DNA of 64,000 bases from Poseidonia sp. (GTDB taxonomy: Archaea > Thermoplasmatota > Poseidoniia > Poseidoniales > Poseidoniaceae), in contig CBFIDD010000002.1 in the NCBI GenBank assembly GCA_965661285.1, positions 224,001 through 288,000 of the forward strand, read 5' to 3'. A model generated the notes under the pieces. That model was not told where the DNA came from. It worked only from the letters and a program-made list of their open reading frames with translations, and made no database searches. Position 1 is the stretch's first letter, and each line of letters begins with the position of its first letter. A program made the position numbers and the translations under genes. This document shows, piece after piece, positions 55,141 through 64,000 of the stretch.

Positions 55141-55968
55141 TCAGCCTCCTTTGGGCCAATTGTACTGATGCTGAACACGGGCGACCTGCTTTCCCATGAT
55201 GTAGAGAATCAACGCCACCATCATGGCGAAAAGGCCGATCAACGTCATGGCGATGGTGACGAGGGTGACGCCGATTGAGGTTGAATTCAATTCAGTGAAC
55301 ATGGTCGCAATATCACCCGAGAGACGATAACCCAACACGAACAAAACCACACCCGGGATGCCAAAAAGGAGGAGTGGGTGTTTGGATTCCAACATCCAGT
55401 AAAACAACTGAGCAAAACGAGAGGCGGTGGCCAGCGATTGACGCTGGGGCAGTTGAATCGGTGCGTCGCTTTTAACAAATCTCGCACGTATCTCGTCCGA
55501 AATATCGTCTGTCGTTGCATCCCTGGGAAGATTGGAAAGATGGTTCGCACCAGCGTCACTGACGACCAGATGAACAAGTTCAGTCGATGCGAGCATTGCT
55601 GCGCTCCCCTTGTCCTCATTTGATTCCTCGCGGTAGAGGTGGTGAATGTCCCAACCCTCACGTGCACGGTTCACGCTCAAGGGCAGATCTGAGAGTTTCC
55701 ATTGTGGAGATATCGGAAGAAACATGGTCAAGCCGTCGTGTGCGTCAAGGGACAGCAGCGCTTTCGACAAGTTTTGAGGGGTGATCTCGGCATCGTGGTG
55801 AACAACCTCGCAGCCCACCTCAGTTGCCAACTCCACCGTTTCATCGTTCGACCCTGTGTCGAAAAAAAGGACGTTTTTGGCCACCTCACGACATCGGATA
55901 ATGAGTGAGACAATGCGCAATTCAATGTCCCTGCCGAGCAGGACCACACGCTCAAGAGGCTGACTCAC
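55141..55968 (-). CDS. Degenerate GT2-like membrane protein
   Basis: FDTGSNDET retained, DxD absent; C-terminal KHPLLLFGIPG plus 2 TMs as in 30542-31486. Confidence 0.75.
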   Translation of the reverse strand: MSQPLERVVLLGRDIELRIVSLIIRCREVAKNVLFFDTGSNDETVELATEVGCEVVHHDAEITPQNLSKALLSLDAHDGLTMFLPISPQWKLSDLPLSVNRAREGWDIHHLYREESNEDKGSAAMLASTELVHLVVSDAGANHLSNLPRDATTDDISDEIRARFVKSDAPIQLPQRQSLATASRFAQLFYWMLESKHPLLLFGIPGVVLFVLGYRLSGDIATMFTELNSTSIGVTLVTIAMTLIGLFAMMVALILYIMGKQVARVQHQYNWPKGG

Positions 55969-56070
55969 GATCTAACCGTCCACCTTGAGCCTATCAAACC
56001 TGTTCTGTTTAAGGCCCAAAGAGACTTGTTTCAAGCATAGATTGATTGAGGCGGCAAGGAACCACAGGCC

Positions 56071-57015
56071 ATGCTGGAGGGTTGGCACATCGGCGTGGTC
56101 ATTCCAGCAAGGGATGAACAAGACCACATTGCAGAAGTGATTCAAGGCCTTCCGGCATTGGTTGATATCGCCGTCGTCATCGATGACGGTTCGCTGGATG
56201 AGACGCGAGAGCGCGCCAAGAACGCCATCGCCCAATGCGAGGTCGTCATCCTTCAAGGAGGAGGAAACGGCGTCGGCTCTGCCATTGACATGGGTCATCA
56301 GCACCTCCTCGGCATGTTCAATTCCAAGTTCATCAGCGTGGTCATGGCCGGAGATGGACAAATGAATCCGGATGACATGGAGGGGTTGCTTGAACCCATT
56401 CTGAACGACCGAGCCGACCACGTAAAGGGAAATCGAAGCCTGCACACAAAGGGATTCAACAAGATGCCCCCGTATCGACAACGTGCCTCCACCGTGCTCA
56501 CCTGGTTCACCAGCCTTGCCGCTGGACAGCCCATCAGCGACCCACAATGCGGCTACACAGCAACGTCTTCCGAGGTGTTAGCAGCGTGGGATTGGAGCAG
56601 AAGCTGGCGCGGATACGGCTACCCAAATTTTTGGCTGGTCAATCTGTCAAAAATGGGGTTTCGAATTGAAGAACAACCGGTCGAATCCATCTATAGAGAC
56701 GAGCACAGTGGCATCAAACCATGGCGATTCTTCACGGGCGTGGGTTGGATGATGGCCGTGGAACACCATCGTCGAAATCTCGCCTGGTTGCACCCAAAAA
56801 ATCTGACGCCACACACGCTCTTTGCCCTCATGTCCTACATTCTTGGATGGTCGGCCCTAATCCCGGTGCTCTCCAACGACCTCGAGCGGGAACTCTTCTC
56901 GAGAGGCGTACCTGCTCTGCTCATGTGCGTGTTCTATTGGACGCTTGCGCATCTTTTTGACAGAGCCGCCACACGGGTTCACAAGGAGTTGAGGCTCAAT
57001 GCGTCGTCACGATAA
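56071..57015 (+). CDS. GT2 glycosyltransferase
   Basis: VVIPARDE, DDGSLD, GVGSAI, MAGDGQM, KGNR, DPQCGYTA. Confidence 0.92.
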   Translation: MLEGWHIGVVIPARDEQDHIAEVIQGLPALVDIAVVIDDGSLDETRERAKNAIAQCEVVILQGGGNGVGSAIDMGHQHLLGMFNSKFISVVMAGDGQMNPDDMEGLLEPILNDRADHVKGNRSLHTKGFNKMPPYRQRASTVLTWFTSLAAGQPISDPQCGYTATSSEVLAAWDWSRSWRGYGYPNFWLVNLSKMGFRIEEQPVESIYRDEHSGIKPWRFFTGVGWMMAVEHHRRNLAWLHPKNLTPHTLFALMSYILGWSALIPVLSNDLERELFSRGVPALLMCVFYWTLAHLFDRAATRVHKELRLNASSR

Positions 57016-57328
57016 GCGGAGAAAGCCTCGAAAGGCGCATGTTCGCCACATTTTGGTGGCCAACAAGCCCGAGGCAAAGTTGATCCTCGAGGAGATCGGC
57101 GCCTCCAAAAAACCCCTGAGGACGTTCAAGAAATTAGCAAAAAAATACTCCAATTGCCCCAGCGGTGGCAAGGGAGGTGACCTCGGTGAATTTGTTGAAG
57201 GACAAATGGTGCAGACCTTTGAGGATGCGGTTTGGGCAAGTGAACTCGAAGTTGTTCCAGAGACCTTCATCAAAACCCAATTTGGATTTCATGTGCTCTG
57301 GGTGCACAGCATCAAGCACCCTGAATGA
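56999..57328 (+). CDS. Parvulin-type peptidyl-prolyl isomerase
   Basis: VRHILV, FKKLAKKYSNCPS..GGDLG, MV..FE, TQFGFHV. Confidence 0.93.
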   Translation: MRRHDKRRKPRKAHVRHILVANKPEAKLILEEIGASKKPLRTFKKLAKKYSNCPSGGKGGDLGEFVEGQMVQTFEDAVWASELEVVPETFIKTQFGFHVLWVHSIKHPE

Positions 57329-57406
57329 TGGTGGGCGTACCAAGATTTGAACTTGGGTCCAAGCGTCCCAAACGCCCGAGTATAGGCCAAACTAACCCAT
57401 ACGCCC
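57329..57406 (-). tRNA. tRNA-Pro (TGG), CCA encoded
   Basis: Reverse complement: GGGCGTA/TACGCCC acceptor stem, GGGCG-TT-TGG-GA-CGCTT anticodon arm, CCAAG-TTCAAAT-CTTGG T arm. Confidence 0.93.
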
Positions 57407-57439
57407 TTGGTCTGTGCCACGGCGTCTCACCTATGAACT

Positions 57440-57880
57440 TCACTCAAAGAACATCCAGCGTCCGTCGCCTACCCGTACGACCACGCCTTCGACCTCTGCT
57501 TGTTCCATGAAGCCATCTGCAGGCATTTCAACGCCTTTTTTGTCCAACAATGCCACAACAGCTCGTTGCTCAACAATTCCATCCGAGGATGCCAAAGAAC
57601 GGAGTTCACGCAGCAGCGCTCTGGGTGAGATGTCCGCAGCCTCTTCGCTGAACGTATCGGACCGCTGCAGACGAGTACGAAGTTCATCTCGTAATTCATC
57701 GGGCGTGTTGGCCAAAGCCACTTCAAGATGCAACATCTGGCTTGATGTGCATTCTTTGACCACTTCGACATCGCTCTGAAAGGCCACACCGCAATGAGGA
57801 CAACGTCCACCTTGCCGGCGATGTCCAGAGCACTGCTGACAGGCTCGACAGCGAAGAACAAGCCAACGTTGTTCCGCCAC
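57440..57880 (-). CDS. Zn-ribbon plus C-terminal winged-helix-like hypothetical protein
   Basis: CRAC..RCPHCG; C-terminal AEVEGVVVRVGDGRWMF. Confidence 0.78.
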   Translation of the reverse strand: MAEQRWLVLRCRACQQCSGHRRQGGRCPHCGVAFQSDVEVVKECTSSQMLHLEVALANTPDELRDELRTRLQRSDTFSEEAADISPRALLRELRSLASSDGIVEQRAVVALLDKKGVEMPADGFMEQAEVEGVVVRVGDGRWMFFE

Positions 57881-57889
57881 GTTATCGCC

Positions 57890-58543
57890 TCATAGCGTGA
57901 AATCGTGTTTGTTTTGAGGCTGACCGGGACGTCGTGCGGGAGCAGCCGGCGCCTTCGTGTCAACCCGTTTGGGTGGTCCCTCAGCAGCCTTTCGGGTAAG
58001 GGCACCGCGTATCGGTCCCGTCTTGGTTCGGGCACCGAGGGAGAGGGATTCGGGCAGGATCAACGCTGCGACAGCGACCCCGTGATGGTCTGGTCCTGCG
58101 GTGACCTCATCGACGGCAACATCAAACTCGATCACCTCAAGGTCTCGGCTGGCGAGCCGGCGCTGCAGGTTGCGTCGCAGCAGCAACACCGTCTCTTCGT
58201 AGTCTCGGTCGGTGGTGATGGTGGCGACAATGGCACAATCATCCCCTTCTGGCGTGACGCAAGTCGCCCACGCCACACCAGCTGAGGCCGACGAACCTGA
58301 CCACGCATACGCCGTGGCAAGATGACACTCCACCAAAGAGCCCATGGGGAGGGGGCGTGGGGGCGTTGCGCCGAACCCAAGCGGGAGCATGGCTCCCTGT
58401 GCTTGAATCAGTCGCACATCGCCAAGGCCGAGTTCAACAAGCCCCTGGTCAAAGGCGTCTTCTGCATTTTCGCCCCATGGGGCAACAGCGGTCATCAACC
58501 AGCCTGGGCATGTTGGGGCGCTTGAGGATTGCATGACCCGCAC
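57890..58543 (-). CDS. Pyruvoyl-dependent arginine decarboxylase-like protein, probably inactive
   Basis: G..DAFD..L..GLGD..LI....MLP, LPMGSLVEC, SAGVAWA and VAVAAL scaffold present; Ser-Ser cleavage site missing. Confidence 0.78.
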   Translation of the reverse strand: MRVMQSSSAPTCPGWLMTAVAPWGENAEDAFDQGLVELGLGDVRLIQAQGAMLPLGFGATPPRPLPMGSLVECHLATAYAWSGSSASAGVAWATCVTPEGDDCAIVATITTDRDYEETVLLLRRNLQRRLASRDLEVIEFDVAVDEVTAGPDHHGVAVAALILPESLSLGARTKTGPIRGALTRKAAEGPPKRVDTKAPAAPARRPGQPQNKHDFTL

Positions 58544-58586
58544 TGTATCGCAAGGGGTTCATGAACAACATGGTTGTGGGTGAGGC

Positions 58587-58871
58587 ATGGCACGAGCCAC
58601 AAGAGGCCTCCTTTTCTTGAGCCTCGCCCTCGTGTTGGGGGCGGCCATGTTGGCGGGCATGAGCGCAGGCCAGTATATGCTTACATTGGCACTGGGCGCC
58701 ATAACGGCCACCGTTATTGGGTTCGGCTTCATGACACAAGTGAAGGCGGCTGCACCAACGAAAGGCTCGACCATCGGCGCGCAACGACCTGTTGGTGGGC
58801 ATCGAGAGGTGATCGAGACGCCATCTTCGCTGCCAGACCCCATGGCTCAGGACTTTGAGATGCCGTTGTGA
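58587..58871 (+). CDS. Small 2-TM membrane protein
   Basis: GAGG upstream; two TMs; C-terminal LPDP...FEMPL. Confidence 0.75.
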   Translation: MARATRGLLFLSLALVLGAAMLAGMSAGQYMLTLALGAITATVIGFGFMTQVKAAAPTKGSTIGAQRPVGGHREVIETPSSLPDPMAQDFEMPL

Positions 58872-60776
58872 TCAGAACAACCGAACGGTCTCGAGATTGC
58901 TGGGGGCAAACGTCAAGCAATTGTAGCGCTCACGTAGCGTCAGGCCAAGTTCGTTGCATTTCTGATAGTCACCGTGATGACAAATGATGTTCTTGGGGGG
59001 CGGATTGATTCGGTCAACAAAGTCCAGCAGCTGCCGACGGTCGGAGTGTCCAGAGAACCCGTCGATGGTCACCATTTCGCAACCGATTTTGACAATCTCG
59101 GTCTTTCCGTTGATGAGCATGGGCACCTCACCAAAGCCCTTCTGCAGACGACGACCCAGTGTGCCCTCAGCCTGGTAGCCCACAAAACAGAGTGAATTGC
59201 GCTCTTCGTGTGCCCAGTTCTTGAAGTACTCCATCACTGGACCGCCGTTCAGCATACCCGAGGTGGCGAGAACAATGCATGGCGAGCTGTCCATCACGAT
59301 GCTCTCACGAAGTTCGCGGCCCTTGACGGGGCGGAACCACTCGCTGGTGAACGGGTTTTCGCCATCGTCCTTGAGCAACGATTTGCTGAGGGCTTTGGTC
59401 AAGTAGTTTGGATGGGATGCGTGAATCGCTGTTGCTTCCTGAATCATCCCGTCAAGCCAAACCGGCACGGGTTTGACCGTACCCGAACGGAAGAGTTCGT
59501 CGATGGCGATCATCACTTCTTGGCTGCGGCCAACCGCAAAGACAGGACAGATCATCTTTCCACCTCGCATGAGCGTGCGGGAGACGATGTCCTGCAGTTC
59601 CTGGTTTGCTTCTTGTCGGGAGGGTTGGTAGTCGCCTGAAGCTCCGTAGGTCGATTCGATGACCAAGGTTTCCACACGAGGGAAGCGTGTGTTTGCTGCG
59701 TCAAACAACCACGATTTCTCGTACTTCTGGTCGCCACTGAACACGATGTTGTGTTTTCCGTCGGCAATGTTGAGGTGAACGGCAGAGGAACCAAGGATAT
59801 GGCCTGCGTTGGAGAACGTCAATTTGACATCTGGGGCAATGTCGGTGGTGGAATCCCAGTCCACGTCGACAACGTGTTTCATGCACATGCGGATGTCTTC
59901 CATGTCGTAGGGAGTTCGCTTTCCTTCGGCTCCACCAACCTTGAGGTAGTCCGTTTGGAGCAGGAGCATCAAATCACGTGTAGGTGGCGTGCAGTACACC
60001 GGTCCGCGATAACCGTACTTGAACAGGACAGGAAGCATTCCTGCATGGTCCAAGTGCGAGTGCGTCAAGACCACGGCGTCGAGTTTGTCGAGGGGAAGGG
60101 CTTCTGGAGCATTGAAGAACGGCATCGGATCGGTGTCTGAAGCGATGTTCACGCCAACGTCGATCATAATTCGAGACTCGTTGGTGGTCACGTAGTGGCA
60201 TGCACGACCGACTTCTCGGTAGGAGCCCAGAGCGGTGACCCGCGCCCATGTGCCGCCAGGACGGGTGGGTCGGTGGATGTTGAGGCCGAAGTCTTTGAGC
60301 AATTTCCGTCGCTCATCACCGTGTGTTTGTCGGTACATTCGGATGTCGTGGACCGTTTTCGAGAACAAGGGCGGCGTTCGCTCGACCTTGACAGACCAGC
60401 CGGTCTTATCCCGGATGGCGTTGCTGTTTTCGCCACGCCTGCCAATCGCCGTGCCGGGCTGCTTGCACTGGATGATGACTTCGCGGTAGCAGGCATCAAA
60501 ATACATCTCTGTGATTTCGGCTTCTTCGGGAATGACCTCTCGAATGAAGTCGCTTGCCTCGTCCATGTCCATCATGGCATCAATGGGCGTCCTCAACACG
60601 ATTTTTCGCTTGATTCGGCGAGCGATTTTTCCAATCAACCCGTCCTGTCCACGGAAGGGTTTCATCTGCTTCGTGATGATGGCAATGTTTCCCGCTTCAA
60701 GATCAATCTCGTACTCGATGTTTCGAGGAATGATCTTCGCGATTTCGTCTTTCAGTTCTCTGTAGGTCATTTGCAT
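58872..60776 (-). CDS. fttA: Beta-CASP ribonuclease aCPSF1 / transcription termination factor FttA
   Basis: N-terminal KH domains, EVGRAC, THSHLDH, AGHILGS, ESTYG, GYQAEGTLGR, FSGHSD; adjacent to psmB. Confidence 0.95.
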   Translation of the reverse strand: MQMTYRELKDEIAKIIPRNIEYEIDLEAGNIAIITKQMKPFRGQDGLIGKIARRIKRKIVLRTPIDAMMDMDEASDFIREVIPEEAEITEMYFDACYREVIIQCKQPGTAIGRRGENSNAIRDKTGWSVKVERTPPLFSKTVHDIRMYRQTHGDERRKLLKDFGLNIHRPTRPGGTWARVTALGSYREVGRACHYVTTNESRIMIDVGVNIASDTDPMPFFNAPEALPLDKLDAVVLTHSHLDHAGMLPVLFKYGYRGPVYCTPPTRDLMLLLQTDYLKVGGAEGKRTPYDMEDIRMCMKHVVDVDWDSTTDIAPDVKLTFSNAGHILGSSAVHLNIADGKHNIVFSGDQKYEKSWLFDAANTRFPRVETLVIESTYGASGDYQPSRQEANQELQDIVSRTLMRGGKMICPVFAVGRSQEVMIAIDELFRSGTVKPVPVWLDGMIQEATAIHASHPNYLTKALSKSLLKDDGENPFTSEWFRPVKGRELRESIVMDSSPCIVLATSGMLNGGPVMEYFKNWAHEERNSLCFVGYQAEGTLGRRLQKGFGEVPMLINGKTEIVKIGCEMVTIDGFSGHSDRRQLLDFVDRINPPPKNIICHHGDYQKCNELGLTLRERYNCLTFAPSNLETVRLF

Positions 60777-60858
60777 GATTTCACCTCACGCTCCCGCAGT
60801 CACTGTTGACCACAACATGCCCGAGGGCACGGGCGGCAGAGCCGCGGGAATATGAGCC

Positions 60859-61479
60859 TCACTTCAGAAGTTTGGCAATCTCGTCTTGTGAGACTTGTTG
60901 GTATCCAGATCCGGGCGTGATGACGGCCAAATCCATGCCGTTGCCGGAGGCCGCATCACGCTGTCCTGATGCATGGAGGGCTCTTGCAGCCAGTTTTAAG
61001 GCCTCCGCCTGGGTCATGTTTTCCTTGAATCCATCTTCGAGCACACCGTACATGTAGGGAGAACCGGATCCGGTGGCGCAGTAAACGTCGGGAATCGAAC
61101 CGCCTGCGGAATCAATGGAATAGACATGACCGCCATCATCGTCAACGCCGACGATGAGGAGTTGAACCCAGTGAGGACGACCCGAGAGAATGTTGGCCGT
61201 GAGGGTGGCGGCACCTTTGACCGTCATTGGCTGTTGGCGACGGAGTTCAAACAGTGCAACTTCTGCGGTCAGGGTTCGGGAAAGAGACTGTGCGTGGCCG
61301 ACGAGGCCAGCTGTGGTCAGCGCAAGGTTGTCTCCGATTTTGAAGAGTTTCTGGACGCTTTTGTTGGCGATGAAGTGACCCATCGTGGCACGGTGGTCTG
61401 CACCAACGACGACACCGCCTTTGAAGGTGATTCCAACGGTGCTCGTGCCGGTCTTCATGACAGTCTGCTGTTCTGACAT
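60859..61479 (-). CDS. psmB: Proteasome subunit beta
   Basis: KTG|TSTVG propeptide cleavage, ADHRAT.G, ATGSGSPYMYGVLE, RDAASGNG. Confidence 0.96.
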   Translation of the reverse strand: MSEQQTVMKTGTSTVGITFKGGVVVGADHRATMGHFIANKSVQKLFKIGDNLALTTAGLVGHAQSLSRTLTAEVALFELRRQQPMTVKGAATLTANILSGRPHWVQLLIVGVDDDGGHVYSIDSAGGSIPDVYCATGSGSPYMYGVLEDGFKENMTQAEALKLAARALHASGQRDAASGNGMDLAVITPGSGYQQVSQDEIAKLLK

Positions 61480-61635
61480 GGAAGCATGTCCCACCCGACA
61501 CTTCTTGAACCTTGGGCATCGGTGGTATGAGGCGATGGGATTCAAAGGATGGCGAAACGACGGGGTATCGGAAACCTGCTCGCTACGGGCGAGTTCAACG
61601 GAGTGTTGAAGAGGACAGCGGGGGTCTGCTCACCT

Positions 61636-62259
61636 ATGCGGCGAAGGCGACGGAAGGGGAAAGAGGAAGGGCAATCCTCGCTCGATGCTTTCAGCCAATC
61701 CGGCCCCATTGACAAACCCAATGAGCGTCCAACCGTACCCACCATGCCAGACCTGGACCTTCTCGAAGCCGCAGAAGCGAAACTGCAAGAAGAAGCGGAG
61801 GGCAAGGCCATACCTCACGAATCAAAGGCGGTCGGGCCACGTCGTTTCAACATGCCAAGCTCCCAAAAAACACCAGCGCAGCGAATGCCAAAAGGCAACA
61901 TCACCTACCACAACCTCGAGCAGCGCTACCCGCATGCACCCGTCCCGCTCTACGAGGGAGAAATGGTCCTCCACAATTCAACGCTCCTCGACCTCACCGG
62001 ATGTGGAGCGTTGATGGATTGGGTGGCTGACGGCCACGGTTGCATCGTCGAAATGAAACGCATGATGAGCCGGAAAACCGAATTCAACCAAGCGATTGGG
62101 ATGTTGAGTACCTTCATTGAAGGAGATGTGCAAGGCCAGATCATCCGAATCACCGACACACGATTGTTGCTTCTCCCCCAGGGGTGCCGTGGCATCAAAG
62201 GTACGGAGATGGAAGGGTTTGCCGTCTCGGCCGATGAATTGACGGACGTGTACGAATGA
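61636..62259 (+). CDS. Divergent SepF-like cell-division protein with long disordered N-terminus
   Basis: C-terminal G.CIVEM...GQIIRITDTRLLLLPQG resembles the archaeal SepF core; sits next to a ZPR1 gene as in many euryarchaea. Confidence 0.6.
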   Translation: MRRRRRKGKEEGQSSLDAFSQSGPIDKPNERPTVPTMPDLDLLEAAEAKLQEEAEGKAIPHESKAVGPRRFNMPSSQKTPAQRMPKGNITYHNLEQRYPHAPVPLYEGEMVLHNSTLLDLTGCGALMDWVADGHGCIVEMKRMMSRKTEFNQAIGMLSTFIEGDVQGQIIRITDTRLLLLPQGCRGIKGTEMEGFAVSADELTDVYE

Positions 62260-62897
62260 ACGAGCAACCGGTCGACATTCCCTGCCCCATCTGTTTTGAG
62301 GAGGGGAAGGTCAACATGATTGCTCATGTTGACGAAATTCCATATTTCGGTGAGCACACACAGGTCACCATCCTGTGCCATGCTTGCGGATGGCGCCAGA
62401 CCGATTTCATCCCTGCCGAGGGAAAAAAAGCCGGGGGCTGGTCGTTGGTCATTGACGAGGAGGAGAAACTTCGGGCACGCGTGGTCCGGTCATCATCGTG
62501 CACCATTTGCGTTCCTGAATTGGACTTGGAGGTTAAGCCCGGCAGCAACGCTACCGGCTACGTCTCCAACGTTGAGGGCGTTTTGAACCGATTTCAAGAA
62601 ATCATCGACATGGTTGAGCGCGACCTCTCGCAACAATTCTTGAACAGCGAAGGCGAAGCACGAGAGGAATTGATGACCCAGTTAGCCACCCTGCAAAACA
62701 TGACCTTGACCCTGAAGGAGTTGGGCCGCCCAAAAGCGGACAACATCACCCTTGTGTTGCTTGACCCTCACGGACATTCCATGATTCTCCATCCCGATGC
62801 CGAAGAGCGTGATTTGACGGATGAAGAACTGCAAAAACTTCCAGTTGGTCCCGACCCGGCCGTGTTCTCAGCCGACGAAGCCGGCGGTTCACCGTGA
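62256..62897 (+). CDS. ZPR1 zinc-finger protein
   Basis: CPIC, IPYFGE, CHACGWRQTD, VVRSSS..VPEL, GYVSNVEGVL, DPHGHS. Confidence 0.93.
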   Translation: MNEQPVDIPCPICFEEGKVNMIAHVDEIPYFGEHTQVTILCHACGWRQTDFIPAEGKKAGGWSLVIDEEEKLRARVVRSSSCTICVPELDLEVKPGSNATGYVSNVEGVLNRFQEIIDMVERDLSQQFLNSEGEAREELMTQLATLQNMTLTLKELGRPKADNITLVLLDPHGHSMILHPDAEERDLTDEELQKLPVGPDPAVFSADEAGGSP

Positions 62898-64000
62898 GTC
62901 CGGTGCGAGGAAATCACGAACCAGATGGGCGGTTTGGTCCCGCATCTCATGCAGATTGGCCATCCATGCCGTGGCTCGCTCGATGCAAAGCTGCTTCATC
63001 TCACCCGCCAGAAGCTTTCCTGACCGGAACGCGGCGTTGATTTCACCCAGGTAGGCATCGTCCTCCTCAAAGAAATACATCATGTACTGGTAGGCCACAT
63101 CAATGTCTGGATTACCACCCAAGCGACGGTGCTCTTCAAGCGTGGGCTGCCCTCCGGAAAACGCTCGTTTGATCTTCTTCTCGACCGTGGCAAGGTCGTC
63201 TCGCAGAAACAGTGTTGTTTTGGGCTGACTGCTGCTCATCTTGTCGCCCGTCATACCAACAGCAAAGTGATGGTAGGTTGATGCCGGAGCCATCAGGCCA
63301 AGCCCTCCCAAACGGCGCTCCAGCTTCAGCAACGCCATACGGATGCTGTGTTTGTCTCGCGCTGTGGCTGAAGGAACGTGGACGTGCCCCTGCTTGGGAC
63401 TCGACATGATGTCGGAGAATCCGAGCCCCGCCAAGGCCTCGACCACACGACCAAACACCTCTGCGATTTTTGCTTTATCGACACGGCCGTTCGCCATCTG
63501 CCCGAAGACAGCGGCGTTCTCATCATGAATTGACAGGCTCACCAAAATGCCCTTCGAGGACGCATCACGCAGGTTGAACCAGTTGGTTTTCGCAGCCAAA
63601 CCCCGAGTCAGACGAAGATGGGGGTCTTGGTCAACACCCACGGGGACGACGACCGGACGAAGGCCGCCAAATTCGTCCAACTGCGGGTGTAAGATATCAC
63701 CTACTTGCACGAGAGGTGCTTGCACGTGCGCCAAGTTGGTCTCGCCGCTGAACCCGTAAATTGATTCGAATTCGTTGAGATTCGTTCGCTTACCGAGTTG
63801 AAACCCAAGGCGTTGGACCACCGGTCGAGTGGATTGAAAATAGACGTTGGTTCGCTCCGGATTGAGGCCGAGCGCAGCATAGTGAGCGATGTACTCCTCA
63901 AGAGCCACGTGGCGTCCTTTCTCCAAGGAGACGCCTCGGGTAGCTTGACTTTCCAAGTCCGCCACGGCAATGGTCACATCTCCGCCTTGTTGTTGGAACC
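62889..64000 (-). CDS. trpS: Tryptophan--tRNA ligase, 5' part outside the window
   Basis: YFQS, QVGDILHPQ, VPVGVDQDPHLRLTR, KMSSS, AFSGG..EEHRRLGG, GEMK. Confidence 0.95.
   Translation of the reverse strand, partial: FQQQGGDVTIAVADLESQATRGVSLEKGRHVALEEYIAHYAALGLNPERTNVYFQSTRPVVQRLGFQLGKRTNLNEFESIYGFSGETNLAHVQAPLVQVGDILHPQLDEFGGLRPVVVPVGVDQDPHLRLTRGLAAKTNWFNLRDASSKGILVSLSIHDENAAVFGQMANGRVDKAKIAEVFGRVVEALAGLGFSDIMSSPKQGHVHVPSATARDKHSIRMALLKLERRLGGLGLMAPASTYHHFAVGMTGDKMSSSQPKTTLFLRDDLATVEKKIKRAFSGGQPTLEEHRRLGGNPDIDVAYQYMMYFFEEDDAYLGEINAAFRSGKLLAGEMKQLCIERATAWMANLHEMRDQTAHLVRDFLAPDSR

Overview
Archaeal chromosome segment, most likely Marine Group II Euryarchaeota (Ca. Poseidoniales). This call rests on archaeal informational genes (aRF1, aEF-1beta, aIF-2beta, RpoL, class I LysRS, aCPSF1, proteasome beta, DGGGP synthase) together with MGII-typical giant surface proteins, MMPL/RND transporters and a Ni-SOD. 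Most of the window is dense, GC-rich housekeeping backbone with three tRNAs (Glu-CTC, Lys-CTT, Pro-TGG) and the RNase P RNA. The main anomaly is an AT-rich, integrase-free island behind tRNA-Glu. It is cut into cassettes by five exact copies (the tRNA's own included) and one decayed copy of the tRNA's 14-nt 3' end, and carries a duplicated 42-bp mini-cassette and two paralogous membrane proteins with hypervariable TM segments. This looks like a polarised, integron-like cassette array. A second lead, missed by the ORF track, is a cytoplasmic protein with a long polyproline N-terminus followed by a region resembling a mu-homology (adaptin/delta-COP) domain. There are also two apparent pseudoenzymes and two zinc-finger microproteins absent from the ORF track. 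All family calls come from motif recognition by eye; no searches were run.
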